A DNA stretch of 64,000 nt from the human T2T-CHM13v2.0 reference genome, Homo sapiens: assembly GCF_009914755.1 (NCBI RefSeq), contig NC_060927.1. The stretch is one strand, 5' to 3'. The position numbers and the translations under genes are program-made. Below the pieces are notes generated by a model. It saw only the letters and a list, made by a program, of their open reading frames with translations. It was not told the origin of the DNA and searched no databases. Shown here one piece after another: positions 27,795 to 41,596 of this stretch (positions are counted from its first letter, which is position 1; each line of letters starts with the position of its first letter).

Positions 27795-28150
27795 GGCATT
27801 TACGTTAGTCAGGTTAGGTCAGGCTTGCCACAGTAACAAATTATCCTTGAAATCAGAGCTGGCTTCTTTCTTGCTAACACAGACTCTAGTGAGGGTCTGG
27901 GGACTCCCAGGGCAGCCTCCTGCCCCATGGTGACTCAGCAATCCAGGTGCTTGAATCCAGGCTGCCTCCTTCTCAACCCAGGGCTTTAGTCACCACAGCT
28001 GGGAAGGAGAGAGCGGGAGGGCTGCACGCTGACCCATAGATGCTTTATCCAGGAGTCCCAGGCAGCACTTCTGCTCACAGCCCATTGGCTAGAACCTTCC
28101 CGTGGCTTTGCCTTTCTGCAGGGAGGCAGGGCAACGTGGAGAGCATACCG
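27795..28150 (-). mobile_element. Old MLT1 LTR
   Basis: ttagtcaggttaggtcaggct…cagtaacaaa…cacttctgctcacagcccattggctagaac. Confidence 0.55.
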
Positions 28151-29054
28151 TTACCCAGTAAGCAGCAAACATCTTGCCAAAGAATCTCTTTCCATCTTAA
28201 CCTCTGCCTTTGTGTTCTCAGTGTCATGGGCCACTGAAAAACCTGCAGAGGAGCTCCAGGCAAAAATGGCACCATCCTGGGGCCACGTCCAGCTCAGGGG
28301 AAGAGTTGGCTGTGTCAGTACAAGTCGGACCTCTTCAAGTGTGGGAGAATTTAATCACAAATCCAAAGGTCCCACCAGGCCAGTGACCAAGTTCAGAGCC
28401 CAGGCCCACAAGCCCTAGACTTTGAAACAGAGTAGGGAGGGGCCAGCCATCCAGAGGACAGACCTGCTGCCTGTAGTCGCCAGGTTTGGAGTAAGTCCCC
28501 AAGAGTCCCTCTTTTGTGAAATCCCCTTAATTCTATCCAGTTACAAACAAAAGGAGATTCTGTTTCTCCAGAGCTACCAATCCCTTAAGTGGCTTTCCCT
28601 GTTACTTGGGTTCTTATTAAGGTTACTTGGGACTGAGTCACCCGTCCTTGAGTGACAGTTCAACTTGAAGGCAATGTCTTGCAGAGCTGCTGCCCCAGGT
28701 GCCATCACCAAGTGCCCTGCTTGTAGTAATCTCTTTTTAAATGACTATTTTCTGCTTAAGCCCATCGTTGCCATGTAGGTGACTCTGACATTTTAGCTAA
28801 ATGTCTTCTTGGGAGACGTCATCCTCTCTTTTAAAGCAGTAATTCTTTCAGAGGGATTTTACCCAGGGGCAGAGATGGTGAGGTGAGGGGGACTGCAGAG
28901 GCTTGGGCTGGAGCCTTTCCCAGGCAAGCAGTGCCAGCAGCCCAAGCCATTCCCTGGCCCTGAGGGGGCCCCTTGTGCCTGAGGAGGAGAAGACAGAGCA
29001 GGGGACCAAGATCCATTCTTTCCTCTCCTAAGAGTCCTAGACACTCAGGGGACT

Positions 29055-29330
29055 TGTCTTGTCGGGGTTCCCCGGAAGCAGACTCTGAGACAAGGACTCA
29101 AATACAAGTAGCTAATCTAGAAGGTGATGCCCAAAAACTCTACCAGGTGTGGGGAGACAGGGAAGGGCAGGGCACTGTTTTCAAGCCCATCCGGGCTGCC
29201 AGCACCTGGAGTTTCTTCCTCCTCCCTGGGGAGCTCCTGGAGGTGGAGTAAAACCCTCTCATCAGTTACCCCAGCCAAGAGATGTGGTGGTAAGGATTTA
29301 TCCACACTTCTCTCCTGCTTCTCCTCTCCT
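29055..29330 (-). mobile_element. Old ERVL LTR (LTR16/LTR33-like)
   Basis: tgtcttgtcggggttccccggaagcagactctgagacaaggactc…gaaggtgat. Confidence 0.55.
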
Positions 29331-30099
29331 GTCAACTGGCTCTGTGCATTTTGGGCAGGGAGAAGCACTCCTGGGCAGCGGGTCCCAGTGTTTGCGGCAC
29401 AGTCTTCTGAGTGCAGAGGTGGATGTCCATGAGCTCTGAGCCAAATTTGATCCATCAACAGATTCCACGGCCCTGGCCACGTGGTGGGTTCCTGTGCAGC
29501 CAAGTGACCTGAAGAGGGTCACTGGGTAAGGCTGAAAATGCAGCTAGTTTGGGTGCGTAGGGGACAGCCCACTTGTGGACTGACTTGCTGAGCTGGAGGG
29601 GCTGCTTTTCAATGAAGTCACATTGTTATGCAGCGATTTTGTCTTTGAATATTTCTTCCTGGGCAGAGGGCACAACAACTGTGGTATATTTTTTCAGGGC
29701 TGCAGGTGCAGGTGTTTGCATGGTTGGGCAGCAAACCAAAAGGAAGTCTCCCCTGGCCAAGGAGTTGGAAACAGACATGCAACCACATCGTTACGGACTG
29801 TGTGGTGCTGCCATGACCTGCAACATGGGTGCCCGTCCACCCAGCCCACGGCAGCACAGCCCACCTTGGCCTGTGTCTGTGACACAGCAGAAAACACTTA
29901 ATCCCAGGCTCGGGGCAGCACTTGGTGCTGCTGGTGGACCTGCTCTTGCACAGCGAACCAGCCTTTGTTCCAACCCTGAAATCATTCTGCTGTCTCCTGG
30001 TCTGGACCTTCTGTGGCTCCGGGTTTCTTTATGCCGATTGTATTTGGAAGCATCCCTTTTCCTGGCCTCTTCGGGGTGACAGCTGTGTTGAGACAGACA

Positions 30100-30103
30100 G
30101 ACA

Positions 30104-30162
<59 letters not shown>
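30100..30162. repeat. (CA)n microsatellite
   Basis: Long AC run with one interruption. Confidence 0.96.
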
Positions 30163-30163
<1 letters not shown>

Positions 30164-30714
30164 CACAGCCATTCCCCGATCAGGCAATGATGCACCGCGC
30201 ATCCCTTTCCCTGTTTGCACTGCCTTTGCTGTGGAGCCCGGGGTCCTCTGTTGGGCCCTGAGAGGTGGACAAGGGGTCTTGGCGTTTCCCTGGAGACTCA
30301 CCACGTGGTGGTGGGCAGCATTTGGTTGGCTCCTCACAGGGCCTCTGCTGCGCTGCAGAAGGTGAGGATGCTGGGGGCCCTGGTGTGGCCTTATTCTGGG
30401 GCATGCTTCTGGGGTGCAGTAGGGTGGGTGGGGCTTGCATTCCTGGCCATGACTCTAAAGCCTTTAACTTAATTTCTCAAAGCCCCTTCGGAGAAAGCCT
30501 TCTGGGGTTGGGATGTGGGGCTGGGTGAAAAGGGTCTTAGACTCATGAAGAGCTGTGTGCGTTTGATCTTTCCAGCAGTTCAAGAAGTTTGCCAGACATG
30601 AAAGGCTGGACGAGCCTGGTGATTAGATCCCTGTTCAGCCGCCAATGAGAGATTTTTGTTTTGTTTTGTTTTTTGTTTCAGATTTTGTCTTCCCCCACCG
30701 CCACCCCACTTTTT

Positions 30715-30968
30715 AGCTCTGTTTCTTTCTCTCTCGTCTCTGTGCGTCCGCATGTCTCTCTTTGTATGTCTCTGTATCTCTGTGTGTCTCTACTTATCTC
30801 TTTGTCTCTGTCTTTAAATGTCTCTGTCTCAGTATCTCTAAGGCTTTGTCTCTATTTCTCTCCTCCTCTCTCTGATGCTATCTCTCTGTGTCTATCACTG
30901 TCTCTCTCTGTCTCTCCCTTTCTGTCTCCCTCTCTAGCGCTCTGTTTCCTCTGTCTCTGCCTCTTTCT
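30715..30968. repeat. (TC/TCTG)n low-complexity tract
   Basis: Degenerate tctc/tgtc repeats over ~250 nt. Confidence 0.9.
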
Positions 30969-32024
30969 GGCCCAGTCCAGAGCCCTTGGCATGAGGACAC
31001 GGGTGAGTCAGGGCTGGCTGCAATTGGACACCTCAGGGATACCAGCCAGTCCTGGTCCCTCTAAAGGGGAGCGATATGTGTACTTTCGGGGTGGTAGGGG
31101 GTGCGGGTAGTAATCTGGCGGTACATTCTGTCCCGGCCCCTTATAGGGAATTTACTCTCAGTTGGACCCACCTCCACCCTTACCCCCACCAGAGGGCTGT
31201 TCCTGGCAAAGCAGAGCAGCTTCACCATCAGGCACAGGACATGCCAGTTTCGAGAGACGTTTAGGATTTATGTGCAACCAATGAATAAGGCAAGTATTAC
31301 ATGGGACATTTGACTAGTTTATCTTGATCACTAAATGTCTAGGTGGTCACAAGACAACCTGACAGACGTTACTGGGAGAACTTGATATTTGGAGGTCACT
31401 TATATTTGAGCAAGGGTAGCATTCATGTTCACCTGCGCATTTGAGGGGCATGGGGACTGGTGTGCCCAGAGCCTGGAGGGCCCCCACGTGGCAGCCAAGG
31501 GAGGCTGAGGAGCCAGGTCAGTTTCCACAGCACTGGCTCCTCCTGGTCAGGGCAGACCTCTGCTGTCATAGCCTGAGCACCAAGGTGTGGCCCAGGAGAG
31601 GATCCATGGCTCTCTTGCCATCTGGCCCTGCTCCTAGGTGCTCACAAAAGTAATGACAGCAGAGGGGATGGGGCACATCCTGGGCACAGCGTGGGGGCTG
31701 ATCCTCCCAGCCCAAGGCTCAGCAACCACAAAGGGCTGGGTCAGAACAAGCATGCGGTGTGTCGTCGGGTGTGAGGTGGAGGAAATGGCCATCTGTGGCC
31801 TGTGGAACTCAGATGGGCAAAGAGAACCCATGAAAGGCACCTGAGTGGTGGGTGACATGAGCAAATAATGTCTCTGTAGAAAGGCAAACCCGGCAGCTCT
31901 GCACTGGGTGCATAGAATTAGAGGCATGACAGGCCCTGGAAAAGAGACTGATCTATGAAATGCAGCCTCCAAGCGCAGATCTGATCTGAGAGGATCCGCA
32001 ACTCCATGACCCTGCAGCTTGGTA

Positions 32025-32136
32025 GTGTGTGCACCTGTGTGTGTGTGCATGTGCATGTGTGTGCATGCGTGTGTATGCATGTTTGTGTGTGTGCATGCAT
32101 GTGTTTGTGTGTGTGCATGCATGTGCGCATGTGTGT
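32025..32136. repeat. (TG/TGCA)n alternating purine-pyrimidine repeat
   Basis: gtgtgtgcatgtgcatgtgtgtgcatgcgtgtgt…. Confidence 0.9.
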
Positions 32137-32359
32137 TCTGACTTGTGTCTTCCACTAAACTTCCATCTTTGACCACTCCCCTTCCCTCCCTGCTCCTTCC
32201 TGCAAATCCACTCCTGGGAGACCCTGAAGAAAGGGTGGGCAAATAACATGGAGCTAAATCTTTCAAAGCTGGGGGAGGGAATGGGGTCAGAAGACTGGTG
32301 CCAATCAACCTTCTTTCCCCCACCCATGAAAGTGACCAATTAAGAGATTCAGCAAATCC

Positions 32360-32740
32360 CACAGGTGCTTGTTCATGCATCAGCCGTGTTCACAACAGCC
32401 CATAAACTCCTCAATTGTTCAGACCAGCTATGGTACATCCACACACCGGCATGCCACTAGTGATGAAAAGGAGCTGTTTTCATAGCAGTTGAGGACCCTG
32501 CGGGACTCTATTCCTGAGCAGTTCTGCAACCGGCTAAAGGCTCCTGGCAATAGAACACACATCAGTGGTTGCCTTGGGGGAGGCCAGGACTTGGGGGGAC
32601 CTGAGAGAGTTTTCTGGGATGATGGAATATTCTGTATCTTGACGGTGTGGTGTTTACACAGGTGACAACATCTGTCAGAAATCAATGGGTTGAGCCTTTA
32701 ATATCTACCTTATTGTATGTAAATTCTAATTCAAGAAAAT
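32360..32740 (+). mobile_element. Old L1 3' end
   Basis: tcagtggttgccttgggg…ttctgggatgatggaatattctgtatcttga…tattgtatgtaaatt. Confidence 0.65.
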
Positions 32741-33440
32741 AAAATAGGCTGCCAATTCAGAAAAAGAAAGAAAAAAGAGGGAGCAGGAGGCATAGGATGT
32801 GGCCTGACTTCTCGAGGGTCCCTTGGGGTAAATACAGACACCCACCAGACCCACATCAGGCCTAGCGAACGCGGAGCCGCTGCCTGAAGGGGTGGGCTCC
32901 TTACCTTGAGCCCCTGCGTGCCTCACTGGCTCACCCCGTCCAGCCCTGCTGTGGGCTCCACAGACAGAGCTTCCCAGGCGTTAAGAGAGGCATGCATCCC
33001 GATTTTCATGTGCAATCTCTGTTTTTTAATATTGGCTGCAAACACCTAAATTTCAAAACATGAAGTGGTCCTCAAAGACCACATCAGGCCCTCTTGCCAC
33101 TTTACCCCCTTATCCTTAAAAGTTTTGTCCTCGAGAGTGTTTCAGATGGCCTCAGAGCTGCTGGAGGTTCCCTTGTGTTTTGAGCACACCACAAATTCCT
33201 GATGTTCTTTGATTCAACTGACCAAGTGAGCAGGCTGGGGCCAGGTCAGGAAGAGGCCATCTTGGGCCAAGCTGAGAGGAATGGGTGCAGTGGGGGTAGG
33301 AAGGGGTCCTGTGGGAGAGAATCCAAGAAGGAACGTCCTCCCTGAGATGAAATGTTTACTGGTGTGATTCTTGTGCCGCAGGTTGGGAGAAGGGACCAAG
33401 GCTCAGGTTCGACTGGATGCCAGTCTCCCAGTGGGTCACC

Positions 33441-34175
<735 letters not shown>

Positions 34176-34639
34176 ACCCCATGAGGAAAGCTGGGGTGTG
34201 TGAGGAAAGCTGGCCCCATTTTGGTGCTGTCTGCAGAGACGTGGCCTCCTGCCTTTCTCTCCGGGATACCCCAACGTCTTTCCACAGCCTCAGGGCCCAG
34301 GGTCCCCATCTACCTGAGCCAGGGCTACAGGTCTCCCTTCTTCCCTCCTCAGCCCCTGGGACTCCACTCCCAGCTGCATCAGGAGCTCACAGTGATGACT
34401 CCCTCCCACAGGCTTTTGTCTTTAAAATGAATATCACAGCAGCTGTAGGGACTAAAGGAGGCGATGTCTGCAAAAGCAGTGATGGTTGTCAGCAGTGGAG
34501 TCTTCTGGAATCTCTAAGCCATCTGGGGATGGAAATGTCACTGTGGGTGGGAGAGAGGAGGGGCTTTCCCCGTGGCCTGGGCGCTGCCAGAGTCTTTCAC
34601 ATTGCCATGGTCCCAGGGTCTCTGATGGGTAAGCACGGT

Positions 34640-34870
34640 GGCGAGAGTGCAGGTTCTGGAGAGGAGAGAGAGCCAGCCTGGGTTCAGATCCCATCTCTGG
34701 GAACTTACGCACTATGAGGCCCTACGGAAATTATTTAATCCCTCTGAGCCTCAACTTTCTCTTCTCTAAAATGGGAAAACAACAGTACCTGCCTCATAGG
34801 GCTGTTGTGAGGATTAAATGAGTTAATACATGAAAAACACTCACAGCCCTAGCCAATAAATGCTTGCAAA
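34640..34870 (+). mobile_element. MIR
   Basis: ctctgagcctcaactttctc…taaaatggg…cctcatagggctgttgtgaggattaaatgagttaa. Confidence 0.85.
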
Positions 34871-35114
34871 ATAGGCCTTTCCTGGCTGGGAAAACAACTT
34901 AAGGCAAATTATAGATGGATGTTGATGAAAGACTCTCTTTCCTGTAAGTAAAAAGGTTGAGACTCATTCTCAATTTGAGTCACCACAGGGTAATTATGTG
35001 GAGGTGAAACAGTGTGGGCCGCGTCCTCCAAGAGAATGCAGGTTGCAAATCCCAGCCTAACTATACACCATCCTTGGCCAATGAGGGTGCGTTTCTAGCT
35101 CTTCACTCCCTCCC

Positions 35115-35340
35115 TAGTGGTAGGATCGGAGTTTGCGGTTGCCGCTCTGTGGGCTGGTGTGCCTCCCGCTCCACCCCTGTCTCTGGGCTCAACCATAGGA
35201 CTTGCCTTGGCCAACAGGAGTTAACAGATGTGATGCATGCAGAGGCCTGGGATGTGTGCACAGATGGGATCGATCTCTTGCACAGCTGCCCTCACCATGA
35301 GAAGAATGTGTCCCGCATTCCCTTGCTGCTGGCCCCGGTA
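35115..35340 (+). mobile_element. Old MLT1 LTR fragment
   Basis: gacttgccttggccaacagga…cagatgtgatgcatgcagaggc…ctcaccatgagaagaa. Confidence 0.55.
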
Positions 35341-36405
35341 TGATGACCCTATACAGAGCCCTTACATCAACCATCTTTGTTATTTCCCACCACAGTCCTA
35401 GGAGAGGGTCTTGTCATCCTATTGCAGATGAAGAAACTGAGGCCCCACTGGGGTCACAGGACTTTTACCCTGATCACACCAGTGGTTGGTGGCGAGACCA
35501 GAAGCCTGTGTCCCTCTGACCTCACCACCTTTGGTCTGAGCCGAGCTTCTCCCACAGCAGGACTCTCTTACAAACCCATATCCCCTCCAGTAGGCAGGAG
35601 AGGTTCCTGGTCAGCATTAAGAAACAGCACATGGGGTGCCACATTTTCCTGCTCAGGTAGACTGAGGAACTGAGCCAGACTCACAAAGAAGACATTTGCC
35701 CCCTGAATCTAGTTAAGTGGTTTCTGTCTGGAGTGCAGTGAGCAGCTCCTGATTGCCAAGGGGAGGTTTAAAGTTGCCACCTGAAGGAAGATAATTTCAT
35801 CAGAAAAGGCTGCAGCCTTTATAGATGATGCCCTGGGAGCCCTCGAATCTCTAGAGAGGACTGATGGTTGCTTGTTTGCTGGCGGATACGGAGAGAGGGA
35901 GGTGCGAATAGGAAAATGGAGCCGGGGTGGTCTCCAGAGGCCCGGAGTCAAATTCCTTACCAGCCAGCCAGCTTGTCCCAAGTGCCTAGGAGCCAACCAA
36001 GTCACAGCCTCTGGGATTGACAATGGCCGGGAATGGCGGATGTGATTCAGATAGGAGTAGGGACAGTGGGGAAGCTGAGGCAGAAGGTGGCTGAGAACTG
36101 GCCCCATACATACCGTCGTCGAGGAGGGTAGAAGGGTTGCAACGGCCTCGAGGGAAAAGTTCTCGCGTGAAAGTTGTTTTTCACATAAACATTCCCTAAG
36201 ACCCGCACGTGCCACAAGCCTTCATCCTATTCCCCTCTCTTTATGACCCTAGCAGGAGGAACTGCAACTCCTATTTTACTGATGGAGAAACAGGGGCTCA
36301 GTGAGATGAAGGCCTTGAGCAAGGTCACCCCACTGAGAATCGTGTCTGGGCACGTGTGACTTCAGAGCCATGCTCTTTGGGTAAAAAGTTTGACCCCAAG
36401 CAGTG

Positions 36406-36776
36406 TGATATGGTTAGGCTTTGTGTCCCCACCCACATCTCATCTTGAATTGTAATCCCCATAATCCCCACGTGCCAAGGGAGAGACCAGGTGGAGGTAA
36501 TTGAATCATGGGGGTGGTTTCCTCCAGGCTGTTCTCGTGACAGTGAGTTCTCACGAGATCTGATGGTTTCATAAGGGGCTCTTCCCCCTTCACTCAGCAC
36601 TTCTTCCTGATGCCTTGTGAAGAAGGAGCCTTGCTTCCCGTTCACCTTCTGCCATGATTGTAAGTTTCCTGAGGCCTCCCCAGTCTTGCTGAACTGTGGC
36701 TCAATTAAACCTCTTCCTTTATAAATTACTCAGTCTCAGGCAGTTCTTTATAGAAGTATGAAAACAGACTAATACA
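36406..36776 (+). mobile_element. THE1D-type solo LTR
   Basis: tgatatggttaggctttgtgtcccc…gagagaccaggtggaggtaattgaatc…cagactaataca. Confidence 0.9.
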
Positions 36777-37450
36777 CTGCGTCTACCCTGTGTATAGGCA
36801 TGGAACATAGGTAGGCCTGGTATGCCTTTGGTTGGAATGTGTTCATTAAAATGAATCATTAATACAATGATACCTAATTTACTTGGCCTCAGAGTATGTG
36901 GTATTCTTCAAGTCAATTTGCTAGAGCTTACTACTTGAAGCATTTTGATTTCTGTAACTCTCAATAGTTTGGGGTGAAATCACTCTTGACAATCAGTTGT
37001 TGCCTTGCTGAGAAGCATACTAATCATAATTCAGTCTTCTCTAGAGAACTCTGGTAACCACTATGAACAAAGGTGGCTCTGCTGCAGTAAAAGAGGTGCC
37101 CCTTGAGCCACTGAAGTGAATTGGATTATTCACCCTACACTGAATGGGCCCGAGTTTCTAGCATTATAGGGCTGTTTTTAAGTCTCACCTCCACTGTCAT
37201 ATTATCAGTTGTAACGTCAGCTGCTGTCTAAGGCCATCTCCACCCCATGTGAATGGCTGTGGACAAGGAGACGCTATGGCCAAACCTTTTAAGTGTGTGT
37301 TAAATATATGTAAATAACAGAGCAATGGCTGATGGGCCTCCTGCAGTGACTTGGTGACATTTACACACCTGTCATTGCTACTCAAGTTCTTCTCTGCTTT
37401 CTTCCCGACTCTCAGTGGTGTTATAGGCATTTGCGTTGCCCCATCTATTA

Positions 37451-37836
<386 letters not shown>

Positions 37837-37854
37837 AATAGATTCTGTGCATCA

Positions 37855-38525
37855 AAGGCCATGTAAAAACCTGCACACAGATGTTCTTAGCAGCTTTATT
37901 GGTAACAGCTAAAAACTACAAACAACCCAAATGTTCTTCAGTGGGGTGAGCATCGACTGCGGTGCCTCCATATAGTAGAATGCTGTGAAGCCATGAAAGG
38001 GAAAGAATTTTGATACACACAACTTGGATGGATCTCAAGAGCATTAGATGAAGTGAAAAAAGCCAATCCTTAAAGTTTCCATGCTGCATAATTCCACTTG
38101 TATAACATTCTCAAAGTGACAAAATAACAGTGATGGAGAACCGTTCACTGGTTACCAGGGGCTAGGCATGCAGGGAGGCTGTGACTATAAGGAGGGAACA
38201 TGAGGGAGTTTCTTTGTGGTGATGGAACTTTCTGTATCTTGATTGTGGTGGTGGCTATACAAATCTATACGTGGGATAAAATTTCATAGAACACCAGAAA
38301 AAAAAACAAAGAGTGCATGTAAAAATGAGCACAATCTCAGTAAGGCCTTCAGTTTGGTTAACAGTAACTAGTAATGCAGCAATTTCCTGGTCTTGAAAAT
38401 GGTACTATGGCTAAGTAAGATGTTATCATTGGCGGAGGCTGGGTGAAGGGTACAAGATAATTCTCTGTACACTATCTTTGCAACTTCTATGTGCATGTAA
38501 AATTATTTCAAATTAAAAAGTTGAA
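37855..38525 (+). mobile_element. L1MC/MD-type 3' end
   Basis: cagctttattggtaacagctaaaaac…ctgggtgaagggtaca…ctctgtacactatctttgcaacttct…taaaaagtt. Confidence 0.8.
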
Positions 38526-38866
38526 TCATTTTTTAAAGCCTAAGACAGCCAATAGAAATAATTTTGGGATTATCTGGTGTTCTGAATTATATCTACCATG
38601 GTTCCCTTCCAATTGTGAGTCTTCCATTTATGCGTAATGTTACAATATAATTATATATCTTTGTGGCCTATAAAATAATTTTTCCCAGTTCTCTTTTCAT
38701 TATTATAATGCTAATTAGTATTCATCATGGCTCTGTCTGAACTCTTTTATTTACCTGAACCAATGACCCAGATTCGAAGCAGCTGTGAGAGGAGAGGAGC
38801 TGGGTAGGGAGGTGACAGGCAGGAATGGCGACACTAGACTGTCAGCTCCATAAGGACGTATCTGGG

Positions 38867-38967
38867 TTTTCTTTCTTTCTTTCTTTCTTTCTTTCTCTCT
38901 CTATCTCTCTCTCTCTCTCTCCTTCCTTCCTTCCTTCCTTCCTTCCTTCCTTCCTTCCTTCCTTCCT

Positions 38968-39023
<56 letters not shown>

Positions 39024-39060
39024 TTTCTTTCTTTCTTTCTTTCTTTTCTTTCTTTTTTTT
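38867..39060. repeat. Compound (TTTC)n(TC)n(TTCC)n(TTTC)n microsatellite within an L2 3' end (38835-39125)
   Basis: Read directly; flanks ctagactgtcagctcc and gctcaataaatatttattga are L2. Confidence 0.93.
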
Positions 39061-39607
39061 AAACTGCTGCTTCTCCAGTGCCTAGAACAGGGTCTGAAAT
39101 GCTCAATAAATATTTATTGAGTGCGTGTATGTGGACCCAGGGGTGTGTGTCCATATGACCAGTGTACACTAAGCCATAGGATGTACCCGTGCCGCCTCCT
39201 TGGCTATCACTAACTATAAATACTTGGAGACAGACTACAGTTTTATGGCCTTTCTGCATGGGGATGGGACACACCAGCGTCTATCGGGCACTCACCACTA
39301 GCCAGGCTGTACACTCATCCACTTCTCACTCGTGTCCAGAGAGGCACGAGTGATTGTCCTGAGAGGCACGAGATTGCCTAATGCATCCCCAATTGCAGGT
39401 AAGAGGACGGAGGTTCAGAGACGTTGTGCAAGTTGCTTAAGGGCACGTAGCTTGTGTAAGGCAGAGGTCCTTCTTGCACCCAGATCCACTGGCTGCCCAA
39501 GCCTGCATTCCTCCCATTGCACGTCTTTTCCATGCAGACTCCTTGCTCTGGGTTTGTAATAGGGACAGCTGTATAAATTGTGATGCATGGGCCAAAATTA
39601 GTTGGAG

Positions 39608-39887
39608 TTTATTTTTTGAGATGGGATCTCTGTCACCCAGGCTGGAGTGCAGTGGTGCAATCATGACTCACTGCAGCCTCAACCTCCCTGAGTTCAAGTG
39701 ATCCTTCCACCTCAGCCTCCTGAGTAGCTGGGACTACACGCACTTGCCACCACACCTAGCTAATTTTTAAATTTTTTATAGAGATGGCATCTCACTATGT
39801 TGCCAGGCTGGTCTTGAACTCCTGGGCTCAAGCGATCCTCCTATCCCAAAGTGCTGGGATTATAGGCCTGAGCCACTGCACCTGGCC
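39608..39887 (-). mobile_element. AluJ
   Basis: Antisense Alu; TSD tagttgga. Confidence 0.92.
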
Positions 39888-40619
39888 TAGTTGGATATTT
39901 GAAATTAGATTTATGCAGGAGTGTCTGGGTTATTATTGAGGTCTGATTCATCTCTTCAAAGAAAGGGGTCAGTGTCCCCAATGTCACTTTGGGCCATACA
40001 TCATGAACGGAGTCACAAGTTATGGGGCTATTTCCCAGGTGTTTCTGAGAGAAGAGTACCAGGCCCAGAAGTGTTTTGCAGACCTGTCAGGGATCAGAGG
40101 ACATCAGCAACAAGAATGCGGCAGAGTGGACCTTTCCGGGGGAGGCAAGGTGGGAGAGGAAGGGAGACCCGGGGACATAGAGGATCTTTCACAGCAGGTG
40201 CCAAGACTCTAGGTCCTCCTCCTACATTCTGGTGAATGATCATTGCCACCTGGCTGGAATTTGTGCAAAATTGGCTGCATTCTGGGAAAAGCACTTGTCA
40301 AATCCTCCCAGAAAAGAGCCTGGAGCCAACATGTCCCTCAGAAACTGTCCTTCTGCTGCCCCCCACCCCCCAACCCCGAATGCCTTCTGCCCCTGGACAC
40401 CTGAGCAGTTCTTATGTCTTTGCATAGATTAGGAGGATATTCCAATTTATTCTGCATTAAGAGCCACTTTTCTTACATGCTTCTTCCTCTGAGTGACAGC
40501 TATGGCTTCAAGCAGTTCTCTTTTTAGCTAAAAAAGCTTATCAACTATGTGGCCACTGAACTCCATACACTCTTCAGAGTTGGTTAGTATTATGGACACT
40601 TCTTTAAGGAATCATCTGA

Positions 40620-41285
40620 ATCTTTAAGCTGTAGGAATTGACCCATTAGTGGATCATGAGATTAATTTAGTGGGTCACATCCAGCACTTATGAAAGTAAA
40701 ATAGAATCAAATAAAATAGGGGAGGAGGTATCAGAATGAGAAAGGTATTGCATGCGGTATGAGGATGTTTGTTTCACGAGCCTTCTGTTTCAGGGTGTGT
40801 ATGGTGTGTGTATTCAGGGGTTAGGGTATGGGGGTAGAGGCAGCTGACTGGCTAGCAAAGCTGTACTCCTCTCCATAGTATCAGTGTGTCCCTAGGAAGG
40901 GGCTGCCCTTGTGTCTAGGTGGGCCGCTGGGTGACTTGCTTTCCCAGTGGAATGTGATTAAAAGTGACACTTTACTTCTTAGTCAAAGTGTCTCTGACAT
41001 TGGTGGGAAAGTCCTAAAGGATGGAGCCTCAATGTGGCTGGGTCCCTGAATCACTGCATGGAGGAGAGTCACACACAAACCAGGAAGCCTCACTTTGATA
41101 CTTATGTCTGTGAGAAATGGACTTCTCTTGTTTTAAGCAACTGACATTTTGGAACCTGTGTGTTATATAGCAGCAGACACAATCCTATTTAATATATCAT
41201 GGAATATATTTTTAAGCCAGTCAAATTTCATCATAAAATGTATTTATTACTGTGGGGTCTGGTCAAAAAAGTTTGAAAAAAGTGC
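40620..41285 (+). mobile_element. Charlie4-like hAT element split by an MLT1 LTR (~40835-41190)
   Basis: gacccattagtggatcatgagattaatttagtgggtcac… resumes taaaatgtatttattactgtgggg…ggtcaaaaaagtttgaaa. Confidence 0.65.
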
Positions 41286-41291
41286 CTGCTC

Positions 41292-41596
41292 GGCTGGGCG
41301 TGGTGGCTCATGCCTATAATCCCAGCGCTTTGGGAGGCCAAGGTGGGTGGATCATGAGGTCAGGAGTTCAAGACCAGCCTGGCCAAGATGGTGAAACCCC
41401 ATCTCTACTGAAAATACAGAAAAATTAGCCGGGTGTGGTGGTGGGCACCTGTAATCTCAGCTACTCGGGAAGCTGAGGTGGGAGAATTGCTTGAAACCCA
41501 GGAGGTGGAGGTTGCAGTGAGTTGAGATCGTGCCACTGCACTCCAGCCTGGGCAACAGAGCGAGAATCGTCTCAAAAAAAAAAAAAAAAAAAAAAA
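41292..41596 (+). mobile_element. AluS
   Basis: Full Alu with long A tail. Confidence 0.95.

Noticed and set aside
30661-31110. Hydrophobic 149-aa ORF resembling a membrane or secreted protein
   Set aside because: The Leu/Ser/Cys composition is simply the translation of the TC repeat.
31634-32380. 248-aa ORF, the longest in the track
   Set aside because: Spans the TG/CA repeat (HT-rich) with no recognisable domain.
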